From: the human T2T-CHM13v2.0 reference genome, Homo sapiens
NCBI RefSeq assembly: GCF_009914755.1
Contig: NC_060941.1
DNA: 64,000 bases
Reading direction: 5' to 3' (one strand)
Numbering within the stretch: the stretch's first letter is position 1; every line of letters starts with the position of its first letter. Positions 27,713-49,800 of the stretch are shown one piece after another. Under the pieces are notes generated by a model that worked only from the letters and a program-made list of their open reading frames with translations, was not told where the DNA came from and did not search any database. The position numbers were made by a program, and so were the translations under genes.

Positions 27713-28876
27713 TGCTAAAGGAAAAAATTATTTAATGACATGAGTTAAAGCATCGTAAGGAAGACTTTATTCAGGACCATTACCATAGGTGTAGGGACCT
27801 CTGCTATGAGATTTTGCAGTTGCAGGGAGAGAGAGATTGAGCTCAACTCCAATTACAGCATGGGCAAGTGGGAATTCGTTGCTAAGGAGCAGGGTGGGGG
27901 TCAGCGGATAGAAACTTAATAAGGGAAACATCAGGGCTGAGGGGGATTCTGGCTAAACAGGTTGTATGGAGCACCCTTGACATAAGTAACTCCATCTTAG
28001 AAAAAGGGTCCATTTTACATTTGAAAAAGCCTCATGCCAACAGGAACCAGATGTTCGCCTAATCAATAAAGACTACACCCCACCAGATAAAGACATAAAC
28101 AGGCACACTCTTTGCTATCAGTCCTCACCAGAGGATTCTGTAGCCATAAAAAGAGCAGGACTTCAGCAACTGGAGATGACCGTCTGGATAGACCCCATCT
28201 TGCCCACACTCTGCCCACATCAAAGACTCTTCCTTGCAAGACACTGAGGACTGTTTGGATCAGGCCAGGAGACTCCCCTTGTCCAAGTCACTCTCCTTGG
28301 ACTATATTGTTAACCGCTCCTTCCCTATCCCCTTTTCTCTTGATGTTAAATGTACTTTGATGTGGAATGTGTAATCTATAACATTTATATATTGATTAAG
28401 TATACTACCATGTATGGTTGGCAGTATTGACTGACTTGTGGAGTGACTTGAGCCTGTATGCCCACAGCTCTTATTACCAAGTGAATGGGGAAAACTAAGG
28501 AGAATTTGCCTCCTTGAGAACCCCATGTGGCTTGTGGCTTTTATGACTGAAATAGCATCAATAAAAGCCTGACGTTGTAGAAAGACACACATGTGCATGA
28601 ACCTGATTATTTCTGACTTTGTGGCACTCACAACACCAACCTAACAGAATTCTTGCTTTAGACAGGCCAGGTGACCAGAGATCACCTGGGGGAGGGTGGG
28701 GGATGATAAACCTAATCAGATATTGAAGATGATCAGATATACAAGATGGAGGGTTCTTGCTAAACTGTCTTAACAGGGTCTTTGCTAAAACTGGATTTTA
28801 CATGGAAGTGCAAAGAGGGTCTAGGAGAAGGTTTGGGAGCCTGACTAAAGTTTGGCCAAGCAAAGAATCTTTGTCA
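27713..28876 (-). mobile_element. MER31-like ERV1 solo LTR, interrupted by a second LTR
   Basis: The reverse complement starts tgacaaagattctttgcttggccaaactttagtcaggctcc and is homologous to the copies at 35985 and 63139. Confidence 0.8.
27960..28635 (+). mobile_element. MER76-like (ERVL) LTR nested in MER31
   Basis: LTR-like unit with aataaa near its 3' end and terminal ...cactcacaaca. The host MER31 resumes in register afterwards. Family name from memory. Confidence 0.55.
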
Positions 28877-29627
28877 ATATATAAACTTCAAGCAGAGTAG
28901 AGATGTTCTGCAAATGAGTTCCTCTTCCTGCTCTGTGATCACAGGGTTTTCCATAGGTGTCTTCTCCGTTATCCCTGAGTACCTTGAGTATGAGTCCTGG
29001 CATCTCTCCTGCAGGCATTCTCTTCCCTTTGGCCACCCCACTCCCAAATGTCCATCTCTGCCAGCAGAGAACACTCAGTCTTCCTACAAGCTGGCTTTGC
29101 AGGGCTTGGACAGCACTTTCCAAACTTACCTGAACCCTTTGCATAGGAGCACACACCTGCTGGCATCTCCAGAGAACCCAGCTTGAAAAATACTTATGTG
29201 TCTCTCATCTCTGGTCTGCAGGACCACCAGACAAAGTGGCCACCAAGGACACCTATTGACCAGGCCCCTCCCTACAGACAGTGAGCTCTACCCACCTGGA
29301 GACAGACCACACAACCTAGATAGCCTGTTGGCCTGCTTGAGGGTGTGTGGTTGGGGCAAATGCCATTTCAATGGGAGAGGGGCCAGACCAGCCCCTCACT
29401 TGGGATCTGAATGTTAGCCCTCTCCTCTTTTTCAGAGACCTGATTCTATCCTCCTCCCCTTGCTCTTGATTTTTTTACCCTGACTTTTCCTGTTTTCTGG
29501 CTTGTTCTCCTCAAGATATGCTCTACTCACCTCTCTTCCATCTATTGAAAAATTTCATTTGCATCTGCCTGCTTCAGTCACCAGTGCCCCAACTTTATCC
29601 TTTCTTTTCAGCTAAGATTTTTAGTTT

Positions 29628-30600
<973 letters not shown>

Positions 30601-30604
30601 ACTT

Positions 30605-31020
30605 ATAAGCTAATAAATTAACCTGTCATTGATTCATGGATGCTAAAAGAAGACATGACACTCTGTGGTCAGAAACATAGGACTTTGTTACTCAGAGCAC
30701 AGCAAGAAGCATGTGCATCAGCATATTTGCCTCCAAGTCTCACAGGGGCAATATGGGGGGCCCAGATGGATGTTCCACAGGCAGCTGGTTAGCGTCATAG
30801 CTGAGGAACACCGAGCCTGGAGCTGCTTATGCAGGGAGGAGTAAGCAAGCCTGCTCTTCCTCCTCCAGGGAGATGGTACCTCATCCCTCAAGGCGGCTCG
30901 CTGTAAACACAGCACTGAGAAGTGGCCCAGGTTAAAAATGGTCAGGGTCTTGCAATCTTGGCATACACAGCAAGATGTGTGAGAGTGCAAGGGACCCACG
31001 GAGGATCATCTCTTCCAATA
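30605..31020 (-). mobile_element. LTR40-like ERVL LTR
   Basis: agtaagcaagcctgctcttcctcctccagggagatggtacctcatccctcaaggc resembles the LTR40 consensus in reverse. Confidence 0.55.
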
Positions 31021-31189
31021 GTGAGCACTTCATGCTCGACAAATGAGCGCATCCTCTTCCAGGCCTCCCTCCCAATCTACCCACTCCTGTCTCCGCTTTT
31101 AGTAACAGCAGGCCAGAAACCCGGGAGTCATTGTGCACTCTTTGTTTAACCTGCATCTTGTTAACCAAGGATAGTTAATGATGCCAAGG

Positions 31190-32023
<834 letters not shown>

Positions 32024-32049
32024 GGTCCTACGTTTAAAATACTTTCCCT

Positions 32050-32930
32050 TCCTACAGCCACTGCCTTGGTTGAGGATCTGTCATTTTCACCCTAACTTTC
32101 TTTCTAACTTGTCTCCCCACCTCCAGCCTTGCCTCCTCTGATGCATCTTCCACAAAACAGTTGGAGTGATCATTGTAGAAGAGAATCTCTGTCTCCCTCT
32201 CCCCTTCAGTGATTTCTGTCACTTTCAGTCTAAACTGCATACGATGGCATTGATATCCCGAGGTGCTACCATGTCCTCATGTCCTTGACATCAGTCATCA
32301 TTCCACATTCCCTACCACTCTCCCAAGACACCACATTTTGTGCCTTTGTACATGTGGCATTATCTTCCTAGGGTGTCCTTCACCTCCTTAATAGATACCT
32401 GGCCATCCCTTAAGGCTCGTTGTAGATATCACCTCCCTCAGGAAGCCTCCCCCAGTGCCCCCACGTCCCCTTATGTGACTATAAGGCTCTGTGAATAGGA
32501 AAGCACATCCTGTACTGTGCTTCTCCTGTTTGTTTGCTGCGCTTCTGCTCGGGGCATCCTTCTTCATCCCCTCATTGGTTAATCCCTCCTTGACCTTTAG
32601 ACTAAACTCGTGTTTCCTCCTCAGGGATGGCTTCTAGGATTCCCTTGGCTCTCACCAGCTAAAGTCAGGAGTCCCTCTCATGTGTTCTTTGAGTCTCATT
32701 GTGTGCACCAGACTCTACAGTAATGGCTATAAGTCTCTCAAGGCCAGATTGTTATTAGTGGGAGCCGTTGTCCATCAGTGCCGACACAGCACAGCACCAG
32801 GCGCACTGGAAGAGCCCCATAAATACTTGCTGAATGAAGCAACTCCATGGCCACCTCCAATGGCTTAGCTTCATGCCAGGAACTCAGTATAGGGCAGGTG
32901 CTCAATGAAAGGGATGGAATGAAACAGAGA
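32050..32930 (+). mobile_element. Fragmented L2 remnants
   Basis: L2 3' motifs atcacctccctcaggaagcctccc, aaatacttgctgaatgaa, caggtgctcaatgaaa. Confidence 0.6.
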
Positions 32931-33487
32931 GCTAAAATGCCCATTGGATTTGTTGACATGGAAGCTACTGATTGATGATCTTCAGGAAATCAGTTTCCAG
33001 GGAATGAGAGAGCAACCAGAAGGCAGGTAAAGAAGTTGAGAGCGTGATTGTAGCTTGTTCTGTCAAGAAACTCAATTGGGAATAGGACAATAACCAGAGG
33101 GGTACAGGGCAGAGAAGGCTGTTGATGTTGCTGTTGTTTTTAGGTTTTTAACAAGGGAGATCACCTTATTCAAGAGATAATCATGGAATTTATCCTCTCA
33201 AGAATAATTCTCTTATAAGCAAGTAATTTCTGTAATATAGAAACATTGGACTTTTCTCACCATCAAATCTGGAATTAAAAAATTCTCATCGTGACTTTAC
33301 TTGGAACATCCACTTCAGTTTCTGATCATGTTGTAAGGATTTGAACCATAAGATGCCTAATGAAATTTAAAGATCATTCATATTATATAAATGTTTAAAT
33401 AAAAAAATCTAACATATGGATCAAGCTGTAAATATTTTTATTCGACATGTCAAGCTCTTATCACTTTGATTAAAAATTTTGTATTTG

Positions 33488-34108
<621 letters not shown>

Positions 34109-34293
34109 TTACACTTGTAATATTTAACCCTTTTCTTAATAATCATACAAAAGTTGTTATGATACCTCTTTTTACAGCAGAAGAAGCTGGAATATAGAAA
34201 AAGTAAATAATTTGACCAATGCCTCCTTGATAGTCATTGGAGAGCTGGAATTCAAAACTATGTCTGCACTATGTTAGAGAATATAGATTCTCA

Positions 34294-34610
<317 letters not shown>

Positions 34611-34799
34611 TGTGTTTGAAAACGTTGTCACATAGTTGCTGTTTGTTTTTAAACATAAGAAGAGAACCTGGGAAGGGAGGAAGCACAGGTGAGGCCTGAG
34701 TCCCCTGGGCCCATGTGGGGAGATGACCTGGTACAGCTGGAGGGATGAGCCACTGATGTGCGCCAGGTAGACTCGCACTGATTCAGAAAAGGAGGAGGA

Positions 34800-35217
<418 letters not shown>

Positions 35218-35567
35218 TCAATGCCATCAAAACTACCTGCTAAAATGCAGGGGAGAAAAGCAGGGCATGGGCGTGTGGAGAGAGCTGGTCAAGGGACCAC
35301 AGCTGGGAAGCTTCTGCAGAGGCAGGAGACAGGAGCTCAGAGTGGCATCCTGCGGCTATGAGGTTTGCTCTGACTGCTCCTGACATCTCAAGAAATAGGG
35401 GATGAGGTTGATTCCCTGCTGAGGTTTCCTAGGGCATTCATTTGTGATGGAGGGATGGGGAAAGATGGGTGATAGCAGGTCCTGGACACCATGACCTGTG
35501 AAATATTGTCTGGAAAGGTGATGAAGCAAGAAGGAATCCAGGGACGGGTACAATGCACCACTGGTTT

Positions 35568-35733
35568 AGGTGGTGCTCAAACTTGAGCATGCATCGGAAT
35601 CCCCTGGAGGGCTTGTAAAGGCGCAGACTGCTGAGCACCAGAGTGTCTGATTCAGCAGGGCAGGGCATGTGCATTTCCCAGGAGTTTCCAGGGATGCAGA
35701 TGCTGCTGGTCAGGTTGAGGACCACGCTTTGAG
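35568..35733. mobile_element. MER5A-like hAT MITE
   Basis: gtggtgctcaaacttgagcatgcatcggaatcccctggagggcttgt...gaccacgctttgag. Confidence 0.75.
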
Positions 35734-35884
35734 GAGAGCCAGAAGAGCTGGGATGTGGGGAGGAGGTAAATGAGAGTTTTTCTCTCCTGAGGTCTCATTA
35801 AGATTTCCAAGAGGACAGAACCATTTTTAGACTCAGAGGAATTTAGGGTGTCATTGAAAGTACTGACTGTGAGGGGACACCAAA

Positions 35885-35961
35885 TACATACACACACACT
35901 CACACACACACAGTCACTCTCTCTCACACACTCACACGCACACACACACACACTCACACAA
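35885..35961. repeat. Degenerate (CA)n/(CT)n low-complexity repeat
   Basis: Read directly from the sequence. Confidence 0.9.
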
Positions 35962-35984
35962 CAAAGAGATCCCTGTCCATTAGT

Positions 35985-37191
<1,207 letters not shown>

Positions 37192-37250
37192 AGTTTATTT
37201 TCTTCTCAAAGAAGACACACCCCACCCCTTTTCTAGGGTGCCCAGGTTAG

Positions 37251-37614
<364 letters not shown>

Positions 37615-38029
37615 CCAACCCTGGTGACTTCTTTTGGTGACCAGGTAAAATGTTTCAGAGTTCCTAAATAATGACGTATGCCAGGGATGAATGCAAACCC
37701 CTACATTTTCATCCAAAAACTAGACAGTACAAGAAAACGCCTGTGTGACATCCCAAACATCCAGCCCGGCTTTTAATCAGGAACCTAGAAGCCATAGGAT
37801 ACCTCGCCCAGGCCTTTGGCAGACAGCATACTGTCAGATGTTCAGAAACACTGACGAGAGAAATGTCCTTTGCAGGAGAGAGAGCCAGTGGAGGGCAGGA
37901 GAACTGGCATCCAGGTCTCCATGAGGTATAAGCTCTCTTCTTGCAAACAGAACACCAGAAGGACGCATCTTGGGACCCATCCACTGAGTGCCACTGAGAA
38001 CTGTGGGTGAGCTGCCTTCGTGCTTTTCC

Positions 38030-39250
<1,221 letters not shown>

Positions 39251-39267
39251 TTACATAAATACCATAG

Positions 39268-39980
39268 GCTGGGTTTTTGCTTACTTGGAACTTGTCACTC
39301 CTTCCTTCTTTTTTATTTCTCCTTTTTGAAATGGGAGTGTTTATCCTATGCCTGTCCCACCAATGTATTTTGTAAGCACATAATACAGTGCTTACTTGTC
39401 TGGCTTCACAGGTTCATAGCTGGAGAGGAATGTTTTCTTGGGATAAATCATACCTTGAGTCTCACCCGTATCTGATTTAGATAACATTCAGATCAGACTT
39501 TGGACTTTAGACTTTAGGGTTGTTGCTGGAATGAGTTAAGACTTTTGGTTATGTTGGGATGGAATAAATGTATTTTGTATGCTTTAAGGTCACGAATTTT
39601 GGGGGAGTCACTGGGGTGAAATGCTACGGACTGAATTATGTCCCCCAAAATTTGTATATTAAAGTCTTAATCCCCAGGGTGAAGATATTTGGAGATGGGA
39701 ACTTTGGGAGGTAATTAGATTTAGTTGAAGTCCTGAGTGTGGGATTAGTGCCCTTGTAAGAAGACCATGGAGAGTTTGTGCCACCCAATCCACCAAAAGG
39801 GCCATGTGAGAACACAGCATGAAGACGGCTGTGTACAAGCCAAGAACGCAGGTCCCTTGCAGGAACCCGAATTGTTTCCCTGCAACTTCCAGCCTCCAGG
39901 ACTGTGAGAAAATAAATGACTGCAGTATAAGCCCCACAGCCTATGGTATTTTGTTAGGGCAGCCAGAGCTGACTAAGACA
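39268..39980 (+). mobile_element. MaLR internal 3' fragment (about 39268-39620) plus MLT1A-like 3' LTR (about 39622-39980)
   Basis: Internal motifs gactttggactttagac and tgctggaatgagttaagactttt, then an LTR tgctacggactgaa...gactaagaca. Confidence 0.8.
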
Positions 39981-40083
39981 GCTGGTGCTGTTGACCATCT
40001 CTTCATCTGTTTACCGGCCCATCTCTTTCCTTTTCAGTTAAATGCCTGATCACATATTTTGTCTGTTTTTCGATTAGGTGGTT

Positions 40084-40563
40084 CTATTAGGTACCAAGAG
40101 CTGCTGTAAGCAATTACCACAAACTTGGCAGCTTAAAACAACACAGTTCTATTACCTCACAGTTCTGGAGGTCAGAAAGCTGAAGTGGGTCTCGCAAGGC
40201 TAAAGTCAAGGTGTGCAGACTGCCCGCCTTATAGAGGCTCTCAGGAGAATTCGTTTCCTCACCTGTCCCAGCTTCTAGGAGTTGCCCGAATTCCATGGCT
40301 CATGGCCCCTTCCAGCAATCACATCACTCTGGCCTGTTTTTGTTTTTATCTTTCTCTCCCTGATCCTCCTGCCCCCATCTTCTAAGGACCTTTGTGATTA
40401 CAGTAGGCCCACGCAGGTATTCTCGTATAATGTTCCCATCTCAAGATCCTTAATACAATCATATCTGCAATGTCCCTCTTGCCATGTAGGGTAACATATT
40501 CAGAGGTTTGAGGGATACGGTTGTGAGTCTGCTTGGGGAGAGGGGCATTGTTCTGCCTACCAC
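40084..40563 (-). mobile_element. MLT1C/D-like LTR
   Basis: aattaccacaaacttggcagcttaaaacaacac...ttctgcctaccac. Confidence 0.8.
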
Positions 40564-40614
40564 GGTTGTGCTCTTGCCTTTTTTCATGGGTCAGTATAAG
40601 AGAAGCCTCCTAAT

Positions 40615-41810
<1,196 letters not shown>

Positions 41811-41884
41811 TGAAGAGTGACATATCAGCATTTGCATGTGCAGTATTGTTCATTTTTTTGTTCAATAAACTCTTTTTTAAAAAC

Positions 41885-42184
41885 AATTATTTATTTATTA
41901 TTATTTTTTAAGAGATGGGGTCTTGCTTTTTTGCCCAGGCTGCAGTGAAGTGGCATGATCATAGCTTACGGTAGTCTCAAACTTCTGGACTCAAGTGATT
42001 CTCCTGCCTCAACCTCTCAAGTAGCTAGGACTACAGGCGTGCCACCATGCCCAGCAAATTTTTCATAGAGACAGAGACTCACTATGTTGCCCGGGGTGAT
42101 CTCAAACTCTGGGGCTGAAGCAATCCTCCAACCTCAGTCTCCCAAAGTGCTGGGATTACAGGTGTGAGCTACCATGCCTGGCCT
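41885..42184 (-). mobile_element. AluJ-like element
   Basis: TSD tcaataaactctt. Confidence 0.88.
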
Positions 42185-42199
42185 CAATAAACTCTTATT

Positions 42200-42775
42200 A
42201 GTGAATAAGCATTCTCCAGATCCTGTGTCAGGCACTGGGGCTCCCAAGAAGAATAAGACACTGTCCCTGTCCTCAGAGCTCATGGTTTCAGAGGGACAAG
42301 GCACACAGTTGAGCAATGTATGCAACAGAGTGCTCTAGAGTATTCTGGGTAATAAAAGCCTACAGGTGACTTGAGGAATATAGGGGAGGGAGTGGCTGGT
42401 TCTTCTGGCAGGCTACAGTGCGAGTCAGGAAGCCTTTCTGGAAAATGTAACATGTGACCTGATTTCTGAAGCCTGAACAAGTAGTCACCAAGCTTCAGGG
42501 GTTAGGGAGGGAGAAGTTTGAGCAATGCAGGGGCCTGACATGTCGTGGTGTGTTCATGGCTCTGCACTTGGTTCTTTGGGGCTCGAGGTGACAGAGGAAG
42601 CCTGGGCCAGCAGCGGATAGGGTAGAGAAGGAAGCAGAGGCCAGACTACAGAGAGTCAGTCTCTGGCTGGGTGAGGTGCTGGACACTCCCTGTAGGCCAT
42701 GGGAATGGCCTATAGGACAGATTCTGAGCAGGAGGGTGACAGGATCGCCTTGAAGTTAGAACCATCACTCGGCAA
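42200..42775 (-). mobile_element. L2 remnant
   Basis: gtccctgtcctcagagctcatggtt, gtcaggaagcctttctggaaaatgtaaca. Confidence 0.65.
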
Positions 42776-42947
42776 TGCAAGATTACTTATCCGATTTATT
42801 CATTCTTGCTTCCAGACTATGTAGAAACTGGCAAAAAGCCTAAAAGTCTAGTGTTTTCAGGCCTGTTTGGAGAGAATGATGGACATGGGTTTGTGAAATA
42901 TCAAATGCTTGTTCTGACCCAAATTGCTCATAATCAGAAAGAGTACC

Positions 42948-43250
42948 TTTTCTTTTTTTTCTTTTTTTTGAGATAGGGTCTTACTCTGTTGCCCAGGCTG
43001 GAGTGCAGTGGCATGATCATAGCTCACTGCAGCCTTGAACTCCTGGATTCAAGGGATCCTCCCAACTCAGCCTACTGAGCATCTGGAACTACAGTGTATG
43101 CCAACACACTTGGCTAATTTTGTATTTTTTAGTAGAGAGAGAGTCTCGCTATTTTGCCCAGGCTGGTCTTGAACTCCTGGCCCCAAAGGATCCTCCCACC
43201 TTGGCCTCCCAATGTGTTAGGATTATAGGCCTGAGCCACTGCACTCAGCC
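42948..43250 (-). mobile_element. AluJ-like element
   Basis: Full dimer with J diagnostics. Confidence 0.88.
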
Positions 43251-43942
43251 AGAGGAGTATGAATACTTAGATATTTGCACACAAATCTCAGTCTGACATA
43301 AGTCTGCAACTCCAGCAGCAAAAAAAAGTCTCTATTCTCTTTTCTCAGCAGTGTTTCAAATTGAGCCTTATTGATTATGACCTTGTAGTTTATCTCTCGC
43401 AAGTAGCTTTCTAATAAAAAATACTTATGTAACTGTCTTTACTTAATGTTCAAGAGTCTAGCATATTCTCCGTGAATCAGGAGACTAATATTTTATGCTG
43501 GCAGTGACACAGAAACCCACAGTTCATTGTCTGAGACTACAGCTTGTCCCAAAGATCCCCATGGAACACGAAGTAATCCCCATCAGCTACAGCCAGAAAA
43601 TCAGTTTCCTATGAAGTTAGAACAATACGGCTGGGTTTCCAGGAGGTAAAGCATCCTGAAGCTTTGCTGGATGGTATTATTTCTGGTTTTCGCCAGGCTG
43701 CAAAGAATTTTCACTTGTTATAATAGGGCAGTCCATTTCCTGCAAAGAAATATCTTTCCTAGGGGTCTGTCTACTCTATAGCTCACAATGTTCAGAAATA
43801 ACAAGAACTTTACAAGTGTTTACAAACATCGTCTTGTGTTAGGCAAGTATCAAAAAATCTTGTCTCTCACAGACGTTTCAGAGAATCCACACAAATAACT
43901 CAGAAAGTCTGTTCATTGCAGAAAAGCTAGTATGAGTTTGCC

Positions 43943-44550
<608 letters not shown>

Positions 44551-44877
44551 TGTTCTGACTTTTGTGCGGCGTGAAGTGAAGAAACTTAACAGGGCATTTC
44601 CTTTCGTGCTGTTCTGGCTGTGATGAGCATTTGCAGAATCCCTGGGCATTATTCTCATGGCATTACTCTCTCACTAAAGAGTCTGAGGGCTCGAAGTCAT
44701 TATCACTCAGTTCTCTCTGAAACTTCAAGTCAGCATCTCAGCTATTCTGTCAATGTTGTGAGCAAAAACTAGTAGCCACACTTTCCAAGTGACAGAGAGG
44801 AAGTGTGAGCATGCCACTTCATTACATTTCCTCTCCGGTTGACAGAAGATTCTGACCATTCCTCTTGTTGTCTAGAA

Positions 44878-45086
44878 CAATGGCGGGTGATTTTGTGTCC
44901 AAAGGTCATGTGGCAATGTTTAGAGACATTTTCCATTGTCATGACTGGGGTTGAGGGAGCTACTGGCATCAGGTGGGTAGAGGCCAGGGATGTTGCTAAA
45001 CATCCTACAATGCCCGGACGGCCTCCTCTCCGCGAAAAGAATTTTCCAGTCTAAAATACCAATGGTGTCAAGATTAAGAAATCCTG
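44878..45086 (+). mobile_element. MER20 hAT-Charlie MITE with perfect 8-bp TSD GTCTAGAA
   Basis: gctactggcatcaggtgggtagaggccagggatgttgctaaacatcctacaatgc. TSD at 44870-44877 and 45087-45094 matches the hAT NTCTAGAN preference. Confidence 0.9.
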
Positions 45087-45139
45087 GTCTAGAACTAGAA
45101 TCCAAATGCCCCAGTGCCAGCCATTTAGTTCTCTCAGAA

Positions 45140-45550
45140 AGCAGACTTTTCTGCCCACCCCAATCATGTTCCCCTTTTGTAGTGATGGAAGTTATAACAA
45201 GATGCAAGACCAGATTACATTTTCCAGCCTTCTTTGCAGTTTAGTGTGGCCATTTCAGTAGCTCCCACCAATGGAACAAGACCTAAAGTGATGTGTGCCA
45301 CTCTGGCCAAGGCTTCTGAGAATTCCCTTTTCCCTTCTGCTGGCAAGATGTAGATGACAACTAGGCTGTATGGGAGAGCCATGATGGGAGCCTGGATCCC
45401 TGCATCGCCCTATGGCAGAGAGCTGCCCATCAGCTGAAAACACATGCTGCAGTCGCTTATGTGAGTGAGAAATAAACTCCTGTGTTTGAGCCAATTTACA
45501 TCTTTAGGTCTACTTGTCACAGCAGCTTAGCTCACCCTAGCCAGTAAACA
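45140..45550 (+). mobile_element. MLT1J-like MaLR LTR
   Basis: tacattttccagccttctttgcagtttagtgtggcc...gtgagtgagaaataaactcc...gtcacagcagcttagc. Confidence 0.7.
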
Positions 45551-45811
45551 GCCAATCCCCAAGAGCCTATTTTGATGCTAGGAGCCTTAGGAAGCAGAGA
45601 GAGCTCTGAATGAGGCAAACATGGCAGGGATCTTTGCCCCTGAGGTTAGCTTGGGTCCCCTCTGCTAAATGGTAGGAGCAGCGCAAGTTCAAGCCTGCCA
45701 TCAAGGGGCCCTTGCTTTGTTTAGTACAGCCTTGACTTCAGGAGTAGGTTGTGATATGATCCCCACTCTGTGTGATTTCAGCTACGTCATCACGATTAGA
45801 CACTTAGGCTA

Positions 45812-46253
45812 CTCCGATGGTCCATTTTATCTGTCAGCTCAACTGGGCCACTAGATGCCCAGATATCTGGTCAAACATTATTCTGCTGTGTCTGTGAAGG
45901 TGTTTCTGGACGAGGTCAGAATTTGAATCTGTAGACTGAGTGAGGCTGATTGTTCTCTCTAATGTGGGTGAGCTGCATCCCATCAGTTGAAGGCCTGGGT
46001 AGAACACAAAGGCTGAGTAATAGGAAACCCCTTCCTGCCTGACTGTGGGGACCAGGACATTGGTCTTTTTCTGTCTTTGGTCTCAAACAGAAACATCTGC
46101 TCTTCTTGGGTCTTGAGCCTGTGGCTTTCAGACTGGAATGTATACTCCTGGGTCTTCAACTTGCTGACTGCAGATCTTGGGAAGTTTCAGCCTCCATAAT
46201 TGCACAGGCCAATTCCTTACAATAAATCTCTCTCTGTCTCTGTCTCTCTCTTT

Positions 46254-46304
<51 letters not shown>

Positions 46305-46341
46305 TCCTGTTGGTTCTTTTCCTCTGGAGAACCCTAATACA
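45812..46341 (+). mobile_element. MLT2 (ERVL) LTR with an internal (CA)n at about 46258-46300
   Basis: gatgcccagatatctggtcaaacattattctg...ctctggagaaccctaataca. Confidence 0.82.
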
Positions 46342-47055
46342 GTTGCAAATTGCAGAAACTCACCTGAAAGCAGTTTAGGCAGAAAAGGGAAGAGGCTCAG
46401 AGAACCAAAGCACAGGAAGTGATGGGGTGCAGCTGGCCGCAGGGACAGCTGGACCAGCAGGGCGCATTTTCTCCACCTCTTATCCCCACTGCTCTGGGTG
46501 TGTTGGCTTCATTCTCTCTTTGTGCAGTTAAGCCTCTTCACACAGCAGGGAAAAAGCATCATGATCTCTAAGCTCATATCCTCACAGCTGCTGGGCCAAA
46601 GAGGAAGCGTCCTCCCTGTCTCTCACTTGAAAATTCTGGGAGGGACTTGGGTTGAGCATCCCTGCTGTGCCTGGAGCAGGCTGTATTATCAGGAGAAATA
46701 AGGAATGGGCATAAAAAATGGCTGTACATTGTTTCTTGCATGTACTCTGTGACATTGGGATATGGTCACTGTCCCCTTCCACTTCTGCTGGCTCATCTTT
46801 GCCTCCCATCCCTGCTACTTTGACCCAGGGAATCAAAGTGTAGCCTCAGGGAGCAAATTACAGAATTTTTTTCCAACAACCCCTCCCCCACCACTCCTAC
46901 ATTGGCAGTGGTGGCTGTCCAAAACGTGACAGGAGAAAATTCTAACTGTGCAAAATGTGATAGATCCTACAACATGATGATACATGAGATCTGTCATGTA
47001 ACTCAAGCTGGAAAAATTTCAGCAAGATAAACTGACTGCCATACATCTTAACTAG

Positions 47056-47706
<651 letters not shown>

Positions 47707-48807
47707 ATTTATTTCATTCATCATACTTATCATACTCTGTGATTCCTTGCTTGATTTGTTTACTTGTTTACTGTCCACCTTTCCTACCAGAATTAAGCTC
47801 CCTGAGGGCCAGGTTCCATCTGTCTTGGTTCTTGCAGTGCCTCCGTACCTGGCACAGTGGTTGGCATGCCCCTGCTTGTGATGTGTGTAACAGAATATGC
47901 CTTTTGCCAATGCTCAGGGTGTTGCTGGGGTTTTGCTGAGGTTTTCCACTTTTCTCTGCACATGGTGACTTAAAGGTCTGCAGGCACTTCTTTGAATCTA
48001 CTCTTATTTCCGCCATGCCTCGCAGAAGTTCCTTGAGGTCTCTGAGGCCTGAGCGGCCGTTTTCTTCTATGTCTAGTGTAATCACCCTCTACTTTCATAC
48101 TCTTTTAGTCATTTCAGTGACAACTTGGAAGATGGGGATTCCCGGTACGAGATTGGAAAGGCATAAAATGATACGGCAGTGATCGCTCTTTGGAGATGGT
48201 GCTCATAGTCTCACCTTCCAGGGGTTTTTCCTTCATTCTACAAATATTTATTTATTGGCAGGGGCTCGGTTCACTCTCTTGAGCCACTCTCTTGGGCAAG
48301 TTCCAAGTCCTCATGTTGACCTGTCTGCCGCATTTGCCATTGCGACTGCTCTTTCCTGTCTGGGGCTTTCTCCACCCTCTTGTTTCTCAATGCAGTAGGG
48401 GTCAAGACCCTGCTCCTTCCTAGTTTGCCTTCTTCCTCTTTGACATCACCTCTCCATCTTCCTCAGAGAATCCCCCCTTCCTTCAGTATACCACATGGCA
48501 CACTGGTCCACTGATTTGCCCTTGTCCAGCTTCTCTTCCCAGGCAGTCTCCTCCGAGGCCTTTGGTTCAGTTCCCTTCTGCAGGAGCTGGTTCTCAATTG
48601 CGCGTGTGGAGTCAGAGCACAATCACATCTCAAACTCAACACGTGCAGGGTGGAGGTCGCTTCCTCCCCACACCCTTGCTCCTCTCGCTTCTCTTTCCCT
48701 CAGCATTTCCCTGCTCCTCATCCAACTTGCAGCCAACTCTTGTGGATTCTACATTCCCAGCATCTCTCTGGGACCCTACCTCTCCATCCTGGCTACCCTT
48801 GCCTTAG

Positions 48808-49585
<778 letters not shown>

Positions 49586-49800
49586 TGACTTCATCCTCAA
49601 TACCTCAATACCTTGAATGCTGAATTAAGTCCCAAATCCTTGTCACCAGAGGCCCTTCATGGCCGGGCCCCTGCCCATCTCTCCAGCCTCCCCTCCATCC
49701 CTTGCACCCTACACTCCAAGTCTGCAGAACTGTTTGGAGGTGCCCAGAGTGTACTACCCTACCCTACCACACTGTGCTGCTTCCTTTTCACAAACACCTC

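Noticed and set aside
43250-43930. Unique-looking stretch considered as a processed pseudogene
   Set aside because: Only short open frames, no recognisable protein, and no poly(A) tail or TSD.
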